A program made the translations under genes and the position numbers. The notes beneath the pieces are model-generated. The model had not been told where the DNA came from. It searched no databases and saw nothing but the letters and a program-made list of their open reading frames with translations. Below are positions 7,987-15,443 of a stretch of DNA of 64,000 nt, piece after piece. How positions within the stretch are numbered: the stretch's first letter is position 1; each line of letters opens with the position of its first letter. This DNA comes from Woeseiaceae bacterium (lineage in GTDB: Bacteria; Pseudomonadota; Gammaproteobacteria; Steroidobacterales; Woeseiaceae), in the NCBI GenBank assembly GCA_021773075.1, contig JAJFKT010000026.1, positions 184,356 to 248,355 on the forward strand, written 5' to 3'.

Positions 7987-9186
7987 ATGAAAATATTGAG
8001 ACCTTTGGCCGGCTTTGCCTTTACCGCATTGATTCTTGGTTTTGCGACGTCGGCATTGGCCGATTTCAAGATCAAATCCAACGGCGCGATGAAAATTGAG
8101 AGCGACAATGGTGACTACGAACTCGAAGTGGGTGGTCGGCTGCAGCAGGACTACAATAGTTTCGACGGCGTTATTAACAAAAGCGAAGATGAAACGGAGA
8201 GCGATTTTTTTACGCGCCGTGCACGCCTGTCAGTTTCGGGGAAAGCGAAGGACTGGAGCTACAAATTCTCGTACAACTTTACCGACGACGGTTCCGTCGA
8301 CGTGCTTAGCATTGCTTACAATGGGTTGGGTAAAATGCTGCGGTTGACGATTGGTCAGCAAAAGGAGTATTTCGGGCTGGAAGAAGCGGGCAGTTCGAAA
8401 TGGACCACCGGAATCGAACGATCAATGCCGTCAAACGGCTTTACGTTTGGCAAGAACGTCGGCCTGAGCGTTCGCGGTGCGAATAAATTCGTAACCTATA
8501 GCCTCGGCACATTTCAGGAGAATATTGAGGCGTCCGGCAATGAGTTGGACCACGCAGTAACAGGTCGGCTCGTGATTCGCCCGCTAAAAACCAAAGACAC
8601 GATTCTGCATCTGGGTGCGGGATTCAGCAAGCGACGTGGACAATTCGATTCGCTTTCTGCACGCCTCGGCGTTCGCGGTGGAGAGGAAAAGACCGCTAAC
8701 TCCGTCGGGGTAGAATACGACGGTGCCGTTGCCAGAGACCTACAAGCCTGGAATTTAGAAGCAGCGGCGATCCTGGGCCGCTACCACATCATGGCTGAGT
8801 ACTTCGACGTGGAATTGATTGCGGCCGACACGGTGCCGAGTATTTCGGCGACCGGTTATTATTTTCAATTCGGCTGGTCGTTGACCGGCGAACGTCGGAA
8901 ATACAAGACCAGCAGTGGCGCCATGGACGTGATTTCGTCGGATCGTCGAGGCGGCGCATGGGAAGTCTTCGGTCGTATTGACAACCTGGACGTCAACGAT
9001 AATCAGTCCACGCCCTTGATCGACATAGACGGTGGCACCGGGATGACAGCGACTATCGGTCTCAATTGGTACGCCACCGATAGCATCAAGCTTGCGGTCA
9101 ACTTCGTTCGGGCACAAACCGATCGCACGATTGGTGGCCGGGACAATGGCAGCGCCATCGCTGCCAGGCTGCAGTACGTCTTCTGA
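7987..9186 (+). CDS. phosphate-selective porin O/P (OprO/OprP) family outer-membrane porin
   Basis: Signal peptide MKILRPLAGFAFTALILGFATSALA. DFFTRRARLSVSGKAKDWSYKFSYNF resembles the Porin_O_P family. Alternating beta-strand pattern and C-terminal ...ARLQYVF. Confidence 0.75.
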   Translation: MKILRPLAGFAFTALILGFATSALADFKIKSNGAMKIESDNGDYELEVGGRLQQDYNSFDGVINKSEDETESDFFTRRARLSVSGKAKDWSYKFSYNFTDDGSVDVLSIAYNGLGKMLRLTIGQQKEYFGLEEAGSSKWTTGIERSMPSNGFTFGKNVGLSVRGANKFVTYSLGTFQENIEASGNELDHAVTGRLVIRPLKTKDTILHLGAGFSKRRGQFDSLSARLGVRGGEEKTANSVGVEYDGAVARDLQAWNLEAAAILGRYHIMAEYFDVELIAADTVPSISATGYYFQFGWSLTGERRKYKTSSGAMDVISSDRRGGAWEVFGRIDNLDVNDNQSTPLIDIDGGTGMTATIGLNWYATDSIKLAVNFVRAQTDRTIGGRDNGSAIAARLQYVF

Positions 9187-9328
9187 CAAAATTTCACCGC
9201 AAAATCGTCGTGCGTTAGCGTCGAGCGCGACGCCTTTGGCCATTGTGCCGCCGACTTAAATACATTTCTCTCAAATTCAGCAATATTTCTGCATTGCGCC
9301 GGCAAACCGGCGTGAATTGTCTACCTGC

Positions 9329-9362
9329 TTGACGAATTACATAAATGGGGTATACTACCCCA
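9329..9362 (+). promoter_or_regulatory. sigma70-type promoter with embedded palindrome TGGGGTA-N3-TACCCCA (copy 1)
   Basis: -35 TTGACG (9329-9334), 16-nt spacer, -10 TATACT (9351-9356). The palindrome TGGGGTATACTACCCCA (9346-9362) spans the -10. The architecture is the same as at 12509 and 14582. Confidence 0.55.
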
Positions 9363-9389
9363 AATATAGTCAATAACAGTAAGAAGACC

Positions 9390-10826
9390 ATGAATTTCCG
9401 AGTTGCCAGGCCGATAAACCAAACTGAGAACGCCCAGGTCGGGCGCACTGCGTTATTGCTCGGCTCTTTCAAACCGCCTCACGGAGGTCATTTACAGATT
9501 GTTTCCAAGCTGTTTGAGTCCGGCGATGTCGAAGAAGTGGTCATCGTTATTTCAGCCGGTTCCAAACCGTTGCCAGGTTCAACGCACGCCATCGACTCTA
9601 CGGCGTCAGAATTGATGTGGCGGGCGATGCTAGGGAACGAGCGGCGTGTGAGGATTGAAAAGGCGGCCGGTACGGCCGCCGAGCATGCCTGCCAAACCAT
9701 GCAACAGGCACCGGTTGGCACACGCATCCTGGTGTGCCTCAGCGATGATCATTCCGAGGCCGTTGATAGTGCCGTACAAAGCTTGAATTTGAATTCCGGA
9801 ACAGCCAAAGCCGTATCCGCAGAGGTAGTACGCATGCCAGCGAATAATGATAGCTACGACACTCAGGAACAACGCAGATTCCTGGCCCGGGGCGAGCAGG
9901 GACGCAAACAGTATGTCTCTATGCAGACCGGCGGATTATCACGAATGGTACGCGAGCGTATGTGGCGAATTTGTCAATCAGAATTACGCGATATCCACTC
10001 AATAACCGCCAATCGACTGCAAGTCCTTACGCCGGAAATTATGGCGGCTATGGATGCCGAGTTCGCGCAGGCAACCAGCACCAGCCAGTGCCTGGAATTC
10101 GATGCGTGTACCGCTGACGGGAATTCTGTGCGAGTGAAATACACGGGTGATGAGAACGAAGACCTGCATTTTGAAAAACGGTCGCAGCCGTATCCGCGCG
10201 ATCGTCTCGCGTACGCCCACCGCTGTCTGCGTTTGCTGGAGTGCCACCACGGTAATGCGCAATGGTTTCCGCGCGTCCATTACTTCGAGAAAAAGCACGG
10301 AATACTTGCCGAGACTAACGCAGTCGCTGACGGCCAAACCCTGATGTCACAGTTTGTTGCCGGAAAATTTGACGACGAGATAGCAGTAAATCTGGGCAAG
10401 GTCGTTGCTGAATTGCATGCGACACCAATTGCTGAAAAGCCGATTCGTGGCTCCTTGAAACAAGAAAGAAGCTGGTGGGAGCGACGTCGAAGGTATTGGT
10501 GTGAGCGATTGGATATTCAAACGAATAAACGCGTAACTGACGGCGATACAAATCGTAGTGGGCGATGCCTGGTGCATCTCAACCTTGCCGCTGAGAATAT
10601 AATTGTCGGCAACGGCCAGGTTGCGCTGCGCGGATTTGAGTGTGCATCCAGCGTCGGCGATCCGGCACTCGATGTCTTGACGATTATTTCTAACTATGTA
10701 ACCAGCGGTGCGGCAACCGGTCAGCGACAGGTTGCGCAACAGGCTGCCGATTGTTTCGTCGACAGTTACGAGCGGCACGCTCTCAAGGGTTCTGAGGTCG
10801 TCCGGCGCGCCAGGGAGATGCTGTAA
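9390..10826 (+). CDS. two-domain protein: N-terminal cytidylyltransferase-like nucleotidyltransferase, C-terminal APH/choline-kinase-like domain with degenerate catalytic residues
   Basis: N-terminus GSFKPPHGGHLQIV is an (H/T)xGH nucleotidyltransferase motif. The C-terminus CLVHLNLAAENIIV...LRGFECASSVGDPALDV aligns to the HxDxxxxN and DFE motifs of the APH kinase fold, with both Asp replaced. The ATG at 9345 lies inside the predicted promoter, so ATG 9390 is preferred. Confidence 0.65.
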   Translation: MNFRVARPINQTENAQVGRTALLLGSFKPPHGGHLQIVSKLFESGDVEEVVIVISAGSKPLPGSTHAIDSTASELMWRAMLGNERRVRIEKAAGTAAEHACQTMQQAPVGTRILVCLSDDHSEAVDSAVQSLNLNSGTAKAVSAEVVRMPANNDSYDTQEQRRFLARGEQGRKQYVSMQTGGLSRMVRERMWRICQSELRDIHSITANRLQVLTPEIMAAMDAEFAQATSTSQCLEFDACTADGNSVRVKYTGDENEDLHFEKRSQPYPRDRLAYAHRCLRLLECHHGNAQWFPRVHYFEKKHGILAETNAVADGQTLMSQFVAGKFDDEIAVNLGKVVAELHATPIAEKPIRGSLKQERSWWERRRRYWCERLDIQTNKRVTDGDTNRSGRCLVHLNLAAENIIVGNGQVALRGFECASSVGDPALDVLTIISNYVTSGAATGQRQVAQQAADCFVDSYERHALKGSEVVRRAREML

Positions 10827-10835
10827 TCGGGTGAA

Positions 10836-12410
10836 TTACTGCCTGCTCGATATCGAGAAGTATCTACTCGGATGTCGATCGACGACGCTATCTTCGAAGC
10901 CGAGAACAGTCGGCTTCACCATGTGCTTGCTGACATAAAAATACAACGGCACGATTGGGTAGTCGCTGAGCAACATCGCTTCAGCATCATGTGCATGTCT
11001 CGCGGCCGATTCTGGATCGACTTGCCGGGCAGCCAGGTTGAGTTCCTTATCGTATTCAGCATTTTGATATTGCGGTAGGTTTTGGGGGCTGTCAGTGCGA
11101 AAAACATCCAGAAATGTGCTCGCGGCATTGTAATCGCCAGCCCACGCAAAGCGCATAATATCCCAATCCACGCGCCGATCACGCGACTGGAGAAAGTACT
11201 TCCATTCTCTTTTTTCGAGCTCTGTTTCAACACCAAGAACCTGGTTCCACATGCCAGTTACCGCCAGTGCCACTTGCTCATGAATGCCGTCGGTATCGTA
11301 TAAATAGGTGATTCTCAAAGCGTGTTCCGCTGAATAGCCAGCACGCGAATAGGCGTCCCGTGCGAGCTTTTCGCGGGCACCTTTTTCGAGGTTCATCCAG
11401 TCAAATGATGCAGCCTCATAGCCGTCCACGCCAGGCGGTACAATCCCGAACGCGGGGCTTTCTCCTCGTCCAATCAGACTAGCTAGTTGCTCTCGGTCCA
11501 CCGCCATCGTCAGTGCCTGGCGAAGGAGGTCGTTGTCAAACGGTGCTTCATGCAGGTCGAATGCGAGGTAATAAAGAGCGAGTGTCGGCGCGATGCGGGT
11601 TTCGGCCCCGTAGTCAGCGATAGCGGCCTTGACCATCTTCCCCGGAATTGTCATCGTGATATCCAAATCGCCCGCGCGATACATATTAAATTCAGCCATT
11701 TCATCGGCTATCGGCAAGTAGATCACTTCGTCGATGCGAACCGAATCGGCATCCCAGTAGCGCGAATTCTTCCTCAGGCGAAGCGCGCCACCCAACTGCT
11801 GATCGAAAAAAATGAACGCACCGTTGCTCACATGCGCCTTTCCTGACGCGTGTCGCGGGAACGCGATCGGCAGCGAAAGTACCGACAAAAAGTGACCCGC
11901 CGGCTTTGATAAGCGAATCTCAAGTTCACTTGCGGAGTGTGCAATAACGCCCAGTTCCGTTGCTGGCATTTCCCCATCGTTCACTGCCCGAAAATTTTGA
12001 ATAGGCTCGAGCAGACTGGCGTATGTTGACAACGTCTCGGGTACCGCATTACGTCGAAATGCCCGAACAAAGTCATCTGCGGTTACCGAATCACCATTGG
12101 ACCAGCGTGCATCCGCGCGCACTGCGAACGTGTATACGAGCCCATCCGCACTGATCTCCCAGGATTCGGCAACGCCAGGCAGCAATGAACCGTCAGCAGC
12201 CTCTGCCAAGAGCCCTTCATACATGTCGATCAATACATTGAAGGTATGGAGGTTCTCAGCAATACCCGGATCAAGCGTGCCTGGCTCGGCACTGTTTCCA
12301 CGACGAACACTCTGCCGTTTTTCGTCATCATCTCGGCCGCTTCCCGACCTGTCGCAGGAGACAGTCAGCACGATGAAGAAAGCGAGAACAAAAGTCAGGG
12401 TAAGACGCAT
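10836..12410 (-). CDS. ABC transporter substrate-binding protein, family 5 (peptide/oligopeptide/nickel type), lipoprotein
   Basis: Lipobox LTVSC. RGNSAEPGTLDPGIAENLHTFNVLIDMYEGLL and the overall length of about 520 aa are typical of SBP_bac_5. No permease or ATPase genes are adjacent. Confidence 0.85.
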   Translation of the reverse strand: MRLTLTFVLAFFIVLTVSCDRSGSGRDDDEKRQSVRRGNSAEPGTLDPGIAENLHTFNVLIDMYEGLLAEAADGSLLPGVAESWEISADGLVYTFAVRADARWSNGDSVTADDFVRAFRRNAVPETLSTYASLLEPIQNFRAVNDGEMPATELGVIAHSASELEIRLSKPAGHFLSVLSLPIAFPRHASGKAHVSNGAFIFFDQQLGGALRLRKNSRYWDADSVRIDEVIYLPIADEMAEFNMYRAGDLDITMTIPGKMVKAAIADYGAETRIAPTLALYYLAFDLHEAPFDNDLLRQALTMAVDREQLASLIGRGESPAFGIVPPGVDGYEAASFDWMNLEKGAREKLARDAYSRAGYSAEHALRITYLYDTDGIHEQVALAVTGMWNQVLGVETELEKREWKYFLQSRDRRVDWDIMRFAWAGDYNAASTFLDVFRTDSPQNLPQYQNAEYDKELNLAARQVDPESAARHAHDAEAMLLSDYPIVPLYFYVSKHMVKPTVLGFEDSVVDRHPSRYFSISSRQ

Positions 12411-12508
12411 CAGGCTAAACCTATGATTTAAAAAGAAAAACCATGATACATGGGTCAGAGGCGATTGAGAAATCCGGACAAGAAGCGGCTTCGGATGAAA
12501 TAAAGTAC

Positions 12509-12542
12509 TTGACGAAAGCTATTATTGGGGTAATATACCCCA
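12509..12542 (+). promoter_or_regulatory. sigma70-type promoter with embedded palindrome TGGGGTA-N3-TACCCCA (copy 2)
   Basis: -35 TTGACG (12509-12514), 16-nt spacer, -10 TAATAT (12531-12536), palindrome TGGGGTAATATACCCCA (12526-12542). Confidence 0.55.
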
Positions 12543-12638
12543 CTTATGAGCTATATCAATTTACATCTCGCGACTCCAATGACCTCTGCATCCGCCATGT
12601 ACGGCGATTTGCGAGGTTTCACGCAAAAGGAATTCGTC

Positions 12639-14084
12639 ATGAATAATCTGTGGAATTATCTGCTGGGCCTCGTTATCTGCTTTTCGATTTCAGCTTGTGG
12701 CGGAGGGGCCCAGACCACAACACAAGCACCGAGCGCTGCAAATCCTGTGCCTGGAATGGCATCCGGACCGATTTCAACCTTCGGCAGCATCGTCGTCAAC
12801 GGCGTTCGTTACAACACGGATTCTGCATCGTTTGAGGTCAATGACGCCCCGGGGACGCAGGCCGATCTAAGTGTTGGGCAGATCGTCACCGTGAAAGGGA
12901 TGATCGATGCCAATGGCACTACGGGCACCGCAAACGCAGTGACATTTGACGATACTGTCAAAGGTCCTGTTCAGAGCATCGATCTGGTCGGGCGACAATT
13001 CGTTGTTCTTGGACAGAATGTTCTGGTCGTGGCGGGAACGTCCTTTGATGACCGTTTCAGCCCCGCAACTATGGATGGCCTTAGCGTTGGTCAGATTGTG
13101 GAAGTGAGTGGCCAGTTTGATGCGAATAACGACATCGTCGCTACCCGTATTGAGCCCAAACCAGCAGGCACTCAATTCGAGGTCCACGGTACGGTCAGCA
13201 ATCTTGACAATACCAATATGCGTTTCAACATCAATAACCTCGTCGTTGACTACAGCGCGGCCCTGCTTGACAATTTTCCGGCCGGGCAAATTAGCAACGG
13301 CGATTTCGTTGAAGCCAAGGGCACCATGCTCGGCGCCGCCGGTGAACTACTGGCGACCAAAGTGGAGCTTGATGCGTTATTGCCGGGAGCCACGGGTGGT
13401 GACCGCATTGAGATCGAAGGTTTTATCACTCGCTTCGAGTCTGCACAGGATTTTGATGTCGCGGGGCAGAAGGTTACAAGCACCTCAAGCACGCGTTTTC
13501 TTGGTGGCAGCGCGTCCGACCTGGGACTGAATATCAAGGTTGAGGCCGAGGGCGATCTCGACAGCGATGGTGTTCTCGTTGCGACGAAAATAGATATTCG
13601 TCGAGCGAAGGCCGTGCGCGCAACCGCAAATGTGGATTCTGTCAACGCAGCTGACAAATCGCTGGTGGTCCTCGGTATTACCGTCAAAGTGGACGCACAA
13701 ACGCGCCTTGAAGACAAAACCGATGCGGACGTAACGCCACTAACCCTTTCCGATATCAGCGCCGGCGATTACATCGAAGTTCGCGGTAGCGAATTTCCTG
13801 CTGGCAGCGGGACCATTCTTGCGGCGCGCTTCGAACGCGAGGATCCGGACAACCGCGCGATCCTGCAGGGCTTTGTCGAAGCCATTAGTGAGCCATCATT
13901 CAATATTCTCGGCGTCAGCATCGAAACGAGCGGTGCTACAGTATTCCGCGAGGCTGACGGTACCGTCATTTCGTCGACCAATTTTTTCGGTCAACTAACA
14001 GAGAACTCGCTGGTCAAGGCGAAAGGAACGGAAGTCGCAAACTCAACAATATCTGCGACAGAAGTTGAATTCGAAATCGAATAA
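12639..14084 (+). CDS. DUF5666-like repeat lipoprotein (paralog A)
   Basis: The start at ATG 12639 has an AAGGA RBS and gives the lipoprotein signal MNNLWNYLLGLVICFSISAC-GGG. Repeated modules of the form G.IxxFGSIVVNGVRY...SVGQIVTVKG / VVLGQNVLV...GQIVEVSG. About 65% identical by eye to 15440..16903 over aligned blocks. Confidence 0.75.
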   Translation: MNNLWNYLLGLVICFSISACGGGAQTTTQAPSAANPVPGMASGPISTFGSIVVNGVRYNTDSASFEVNDAPGTQADLSVGQIVTVKGMIDANGTTGTANAVTFDDTVKGPVQSIDLVGRQFVVLGQNVLVVAGTSFDDRFSPATMDGLSVGQIVEVSGQFDANNDIVATRIEPKPAGTQFEVHGTVSNLDNTNMRFNINNLVVDYSAALLDNFPAGQISNGDFVEAKGTMLGAAGELLATKVELDALLPGATGGDRIEIEGFITRFESAQDFDVAGQKVTSTSSTRFLGGSASDLGLNIKVEAEGDLDSDGVLVATKIDIRRAKAVRATANVDSVNAADKSLVVLGITVKVDAQTRLEDKTDADVTPLTLSDISAGDYIEVRGSEFPAGSGTILAARFEREDPDNRAILQGFVEAISEPSFNILGVSIETSGATVFREADGTVISSTNFFGQLTENSLVKAKGTEVANSTISATEVEFEIE

Positions 14085-14103
14085 ATCAAAAGGACGAACA
14101 GAT

Positions 14104-14454
14104 ATGGAAACCAGGGAAATGATCGGAGAACGCAACAGCTCAGTTGCTGCCGAATTTGCAGAAATTGGCACCTCCTGCCGGCAGTTTCGTACACGGTTTG
14201 ATGTTGATATTCGAGAATTCATTATTCTTGCGACACTTTATGACTCCTGTTCGGCGAGTTCGCAGGCACTGTCCGAAGTGCTTGAGCTAAGCGCTTCGAC
14301 GGTGGACTACTGCTTATGCAAACTGGCAGAAAACGGACTGGCCATGGAATTGGACCGCAATACCTGCGAATTCTGCGCAACAACAGACGGCAGGAAACTG
14401 GTCCGCACAGCCTACCGGCAGTACGAGTCGGCAGCCATTGACATGGCTGCGTGA
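14104..14454 (+). CDS. small MarR-like winged-helix protein (paralog A)
   Basis: FDVDIREFIILATLYDSCSASSQALSEVLELSASTVDYCLCKLAENGLAMELDRNTCEFCATTDGRKLV matches the MarR wHTH pattern (xxxFxhL..L....s...La..l.ls.stv...l..L...Gl......D.R....T..G). At 116 aa it is shorter than typical MarR proteins. The ATG at 14104 is preferred over 14065, which overlaps the upstream gene. Confidence 0.6.
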   Translation: METREMIGERNSSVAAEFAEIGTSCRQFRTRFDVDIREFIILATLYDSCSASSQALSEVLELSASTVDYCLCKLAENGLAMELDRNTCEFCATTDGRKLVRTAYRQYESAAIDMAA

Positions 14455-14581
14455 AAGGATCCGACGTGGAAACAGCGTATGACAACACTATCCGTAACAA
14501 GAACTCCAGATTTGGTCAACAATGGCCGGAGTACACAGCATGACGCAAGAGGCTGCCACGACCGAAACACATCCAAATTCC

Positions 14582-14615
14582 TTGACAATGGATGCAATTG
14601 GGGTAAAATACCCCA
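14582..14615 (+). promoter_or_regulatory. sigma70-type promoter with embedded palindrome TGGGGTA-N3-TACCCCA (copy 3)
   Basis: -35 TTGACA (14582-14587), 16-nt spacer, -10 TAAAAT (14604-14609), palindrome TGGGGTAAAATACCCCA (14599-14615). The ATG of the next gene starts at 14616. Confidence 0.55.
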
Positions 14616-15443
14616 ATGACAGAACAGAGTATCAAGTTACTGCTGCAGAAAGCGTGCCAGGCGTTGCTACGTCCGATCGCCTCGGTGCTGCTAAAAACCG
14701 GCATGACGTGGAAAGAGTTTTCCGACATTTCGAAGACCGTATTCGTGTCAGTCGCTACCGACGAGTTCGGTATCCGCGGTCGGCCAACGAATGTCTCAAA
14801 AACATCAATCTTAACCGGTATTTCGCGAAAAGAGGTGAAACGCCAGCGCGACCTGATTCAAGAAGGTGGCGCGCTGATGCCAAACAAAACCACCGACGCT
14901 TCGCGTTTGCTAACGGCATGGTATCAGGATAGCGACTATGTCGATGAGCAGGGTGAACCGATGACTTTGACGCGACACGGTCCTGCCCCGAGTTTTCAGT
15001 CTTTGTTCGACACTTACGGCGGTGATACGCCCGAACAGACACTGATCAAGGAACTGAGCGGCGTCGGATCCATTGAGATTGACGACGATGGACAACTGCA
15101 TGCAAAGCGCCGCTATCACATGCCGGTGCAAACGGATATCGGCCACATTCAGGTCTTCTGCTCAATCCTGATCGACCATGCAAATACGCTGAGCAAAAAC
15201 CTTTACGGTGACGAGACCGAACGGTTGATCGAGGGCATGGCGATCAACCATTCGATCGATCCGGATGCGCTCGATGCGTTCCGAGAGTTTGCCGACCAGC
15301 GCGGCCAGTTGTTGCTTGAAGAAATTGACGAATGGTTGAGCGGTCATTGCATCGATGTGAACTCGACGGAAAAAACTCCTATAAGGCTAGGACTTGGTGT
15401 CTATGGCTTTGAAGACAAGAATTCAAAAGGAAGAACGAAATGA
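14616..15443 (+). CDS. hypothetical cytoplasmic protein (possible HTH-containing N-terminus)
   Basis: 275 aa with no signal peptide. The N-terminus MTEQSIKLLLQKACQALLRPIASVLLKTGMTWKEFSDISKTVFVSVATDEF looks helical and HTH-like. Its stop overlaps the start of the next gene (ATGA at 15440-15443). Confidence 0.55.
   Translation: MTEQSIKLLLQKACQALLRPIASVLLKTGMTWKEFSDISKTVFVSVATDEFGIRGRPTNVSKTSILTGISRKEVKRQRDLIQEGGALMPNKTTDASRLLTAWYQDSDYVDEQGEPMTLTRHGPAPSFQSLFDTYGGDTPEQTLIKELSGVGSIEIDDDGQLHAKRRYHMPVQTDIGHIQVFCSILIDHANTLSKNLYGDETERLIEGMAINHSIDPDALDAFREFADQRGQLLLEEIDEWLSGHCIDVNSTEKTPIRLGLGVYGFEDKNSKGRTK

Noticed and set aside
9217-9314. Two short GC hairpins after the porin gene (GCGTCGAGCGCGACGC and CGCCGGCAAACCGGCG)
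   Set aside because: Both have 6-bp stems without convincing T-tracts. They are possibly weak terminators but not supportable as features.
9345-9389. ATG at 9345 as the start of the nucleotidyltransferase/pseudokinase gene
   Set aside because: It lies inside the predicted -10/palindrome element (9346-9362), so it would be upstream of the transcript start. ATG 9390 is used.
10836-12410. Orphan family-5 substrate-binding protein as part of the palindrome-controlled module
   Set aside because: It is on the opposite strand, has no palindromic promoter cassette upstream, and has no permease partners. It is treated as an unrelated orphan SBP.
12546-12638. ATG at 12546 as the start of DUF5666-like lipoprotein A (possible second leaderless gene)
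   Set aside because: A canonical lipoprotein signal peptide with a good AAGGA RBS begins at 12639. A 31-aa extension ahead of the signal peptide would be atypical. It remains possible but is not favoured.
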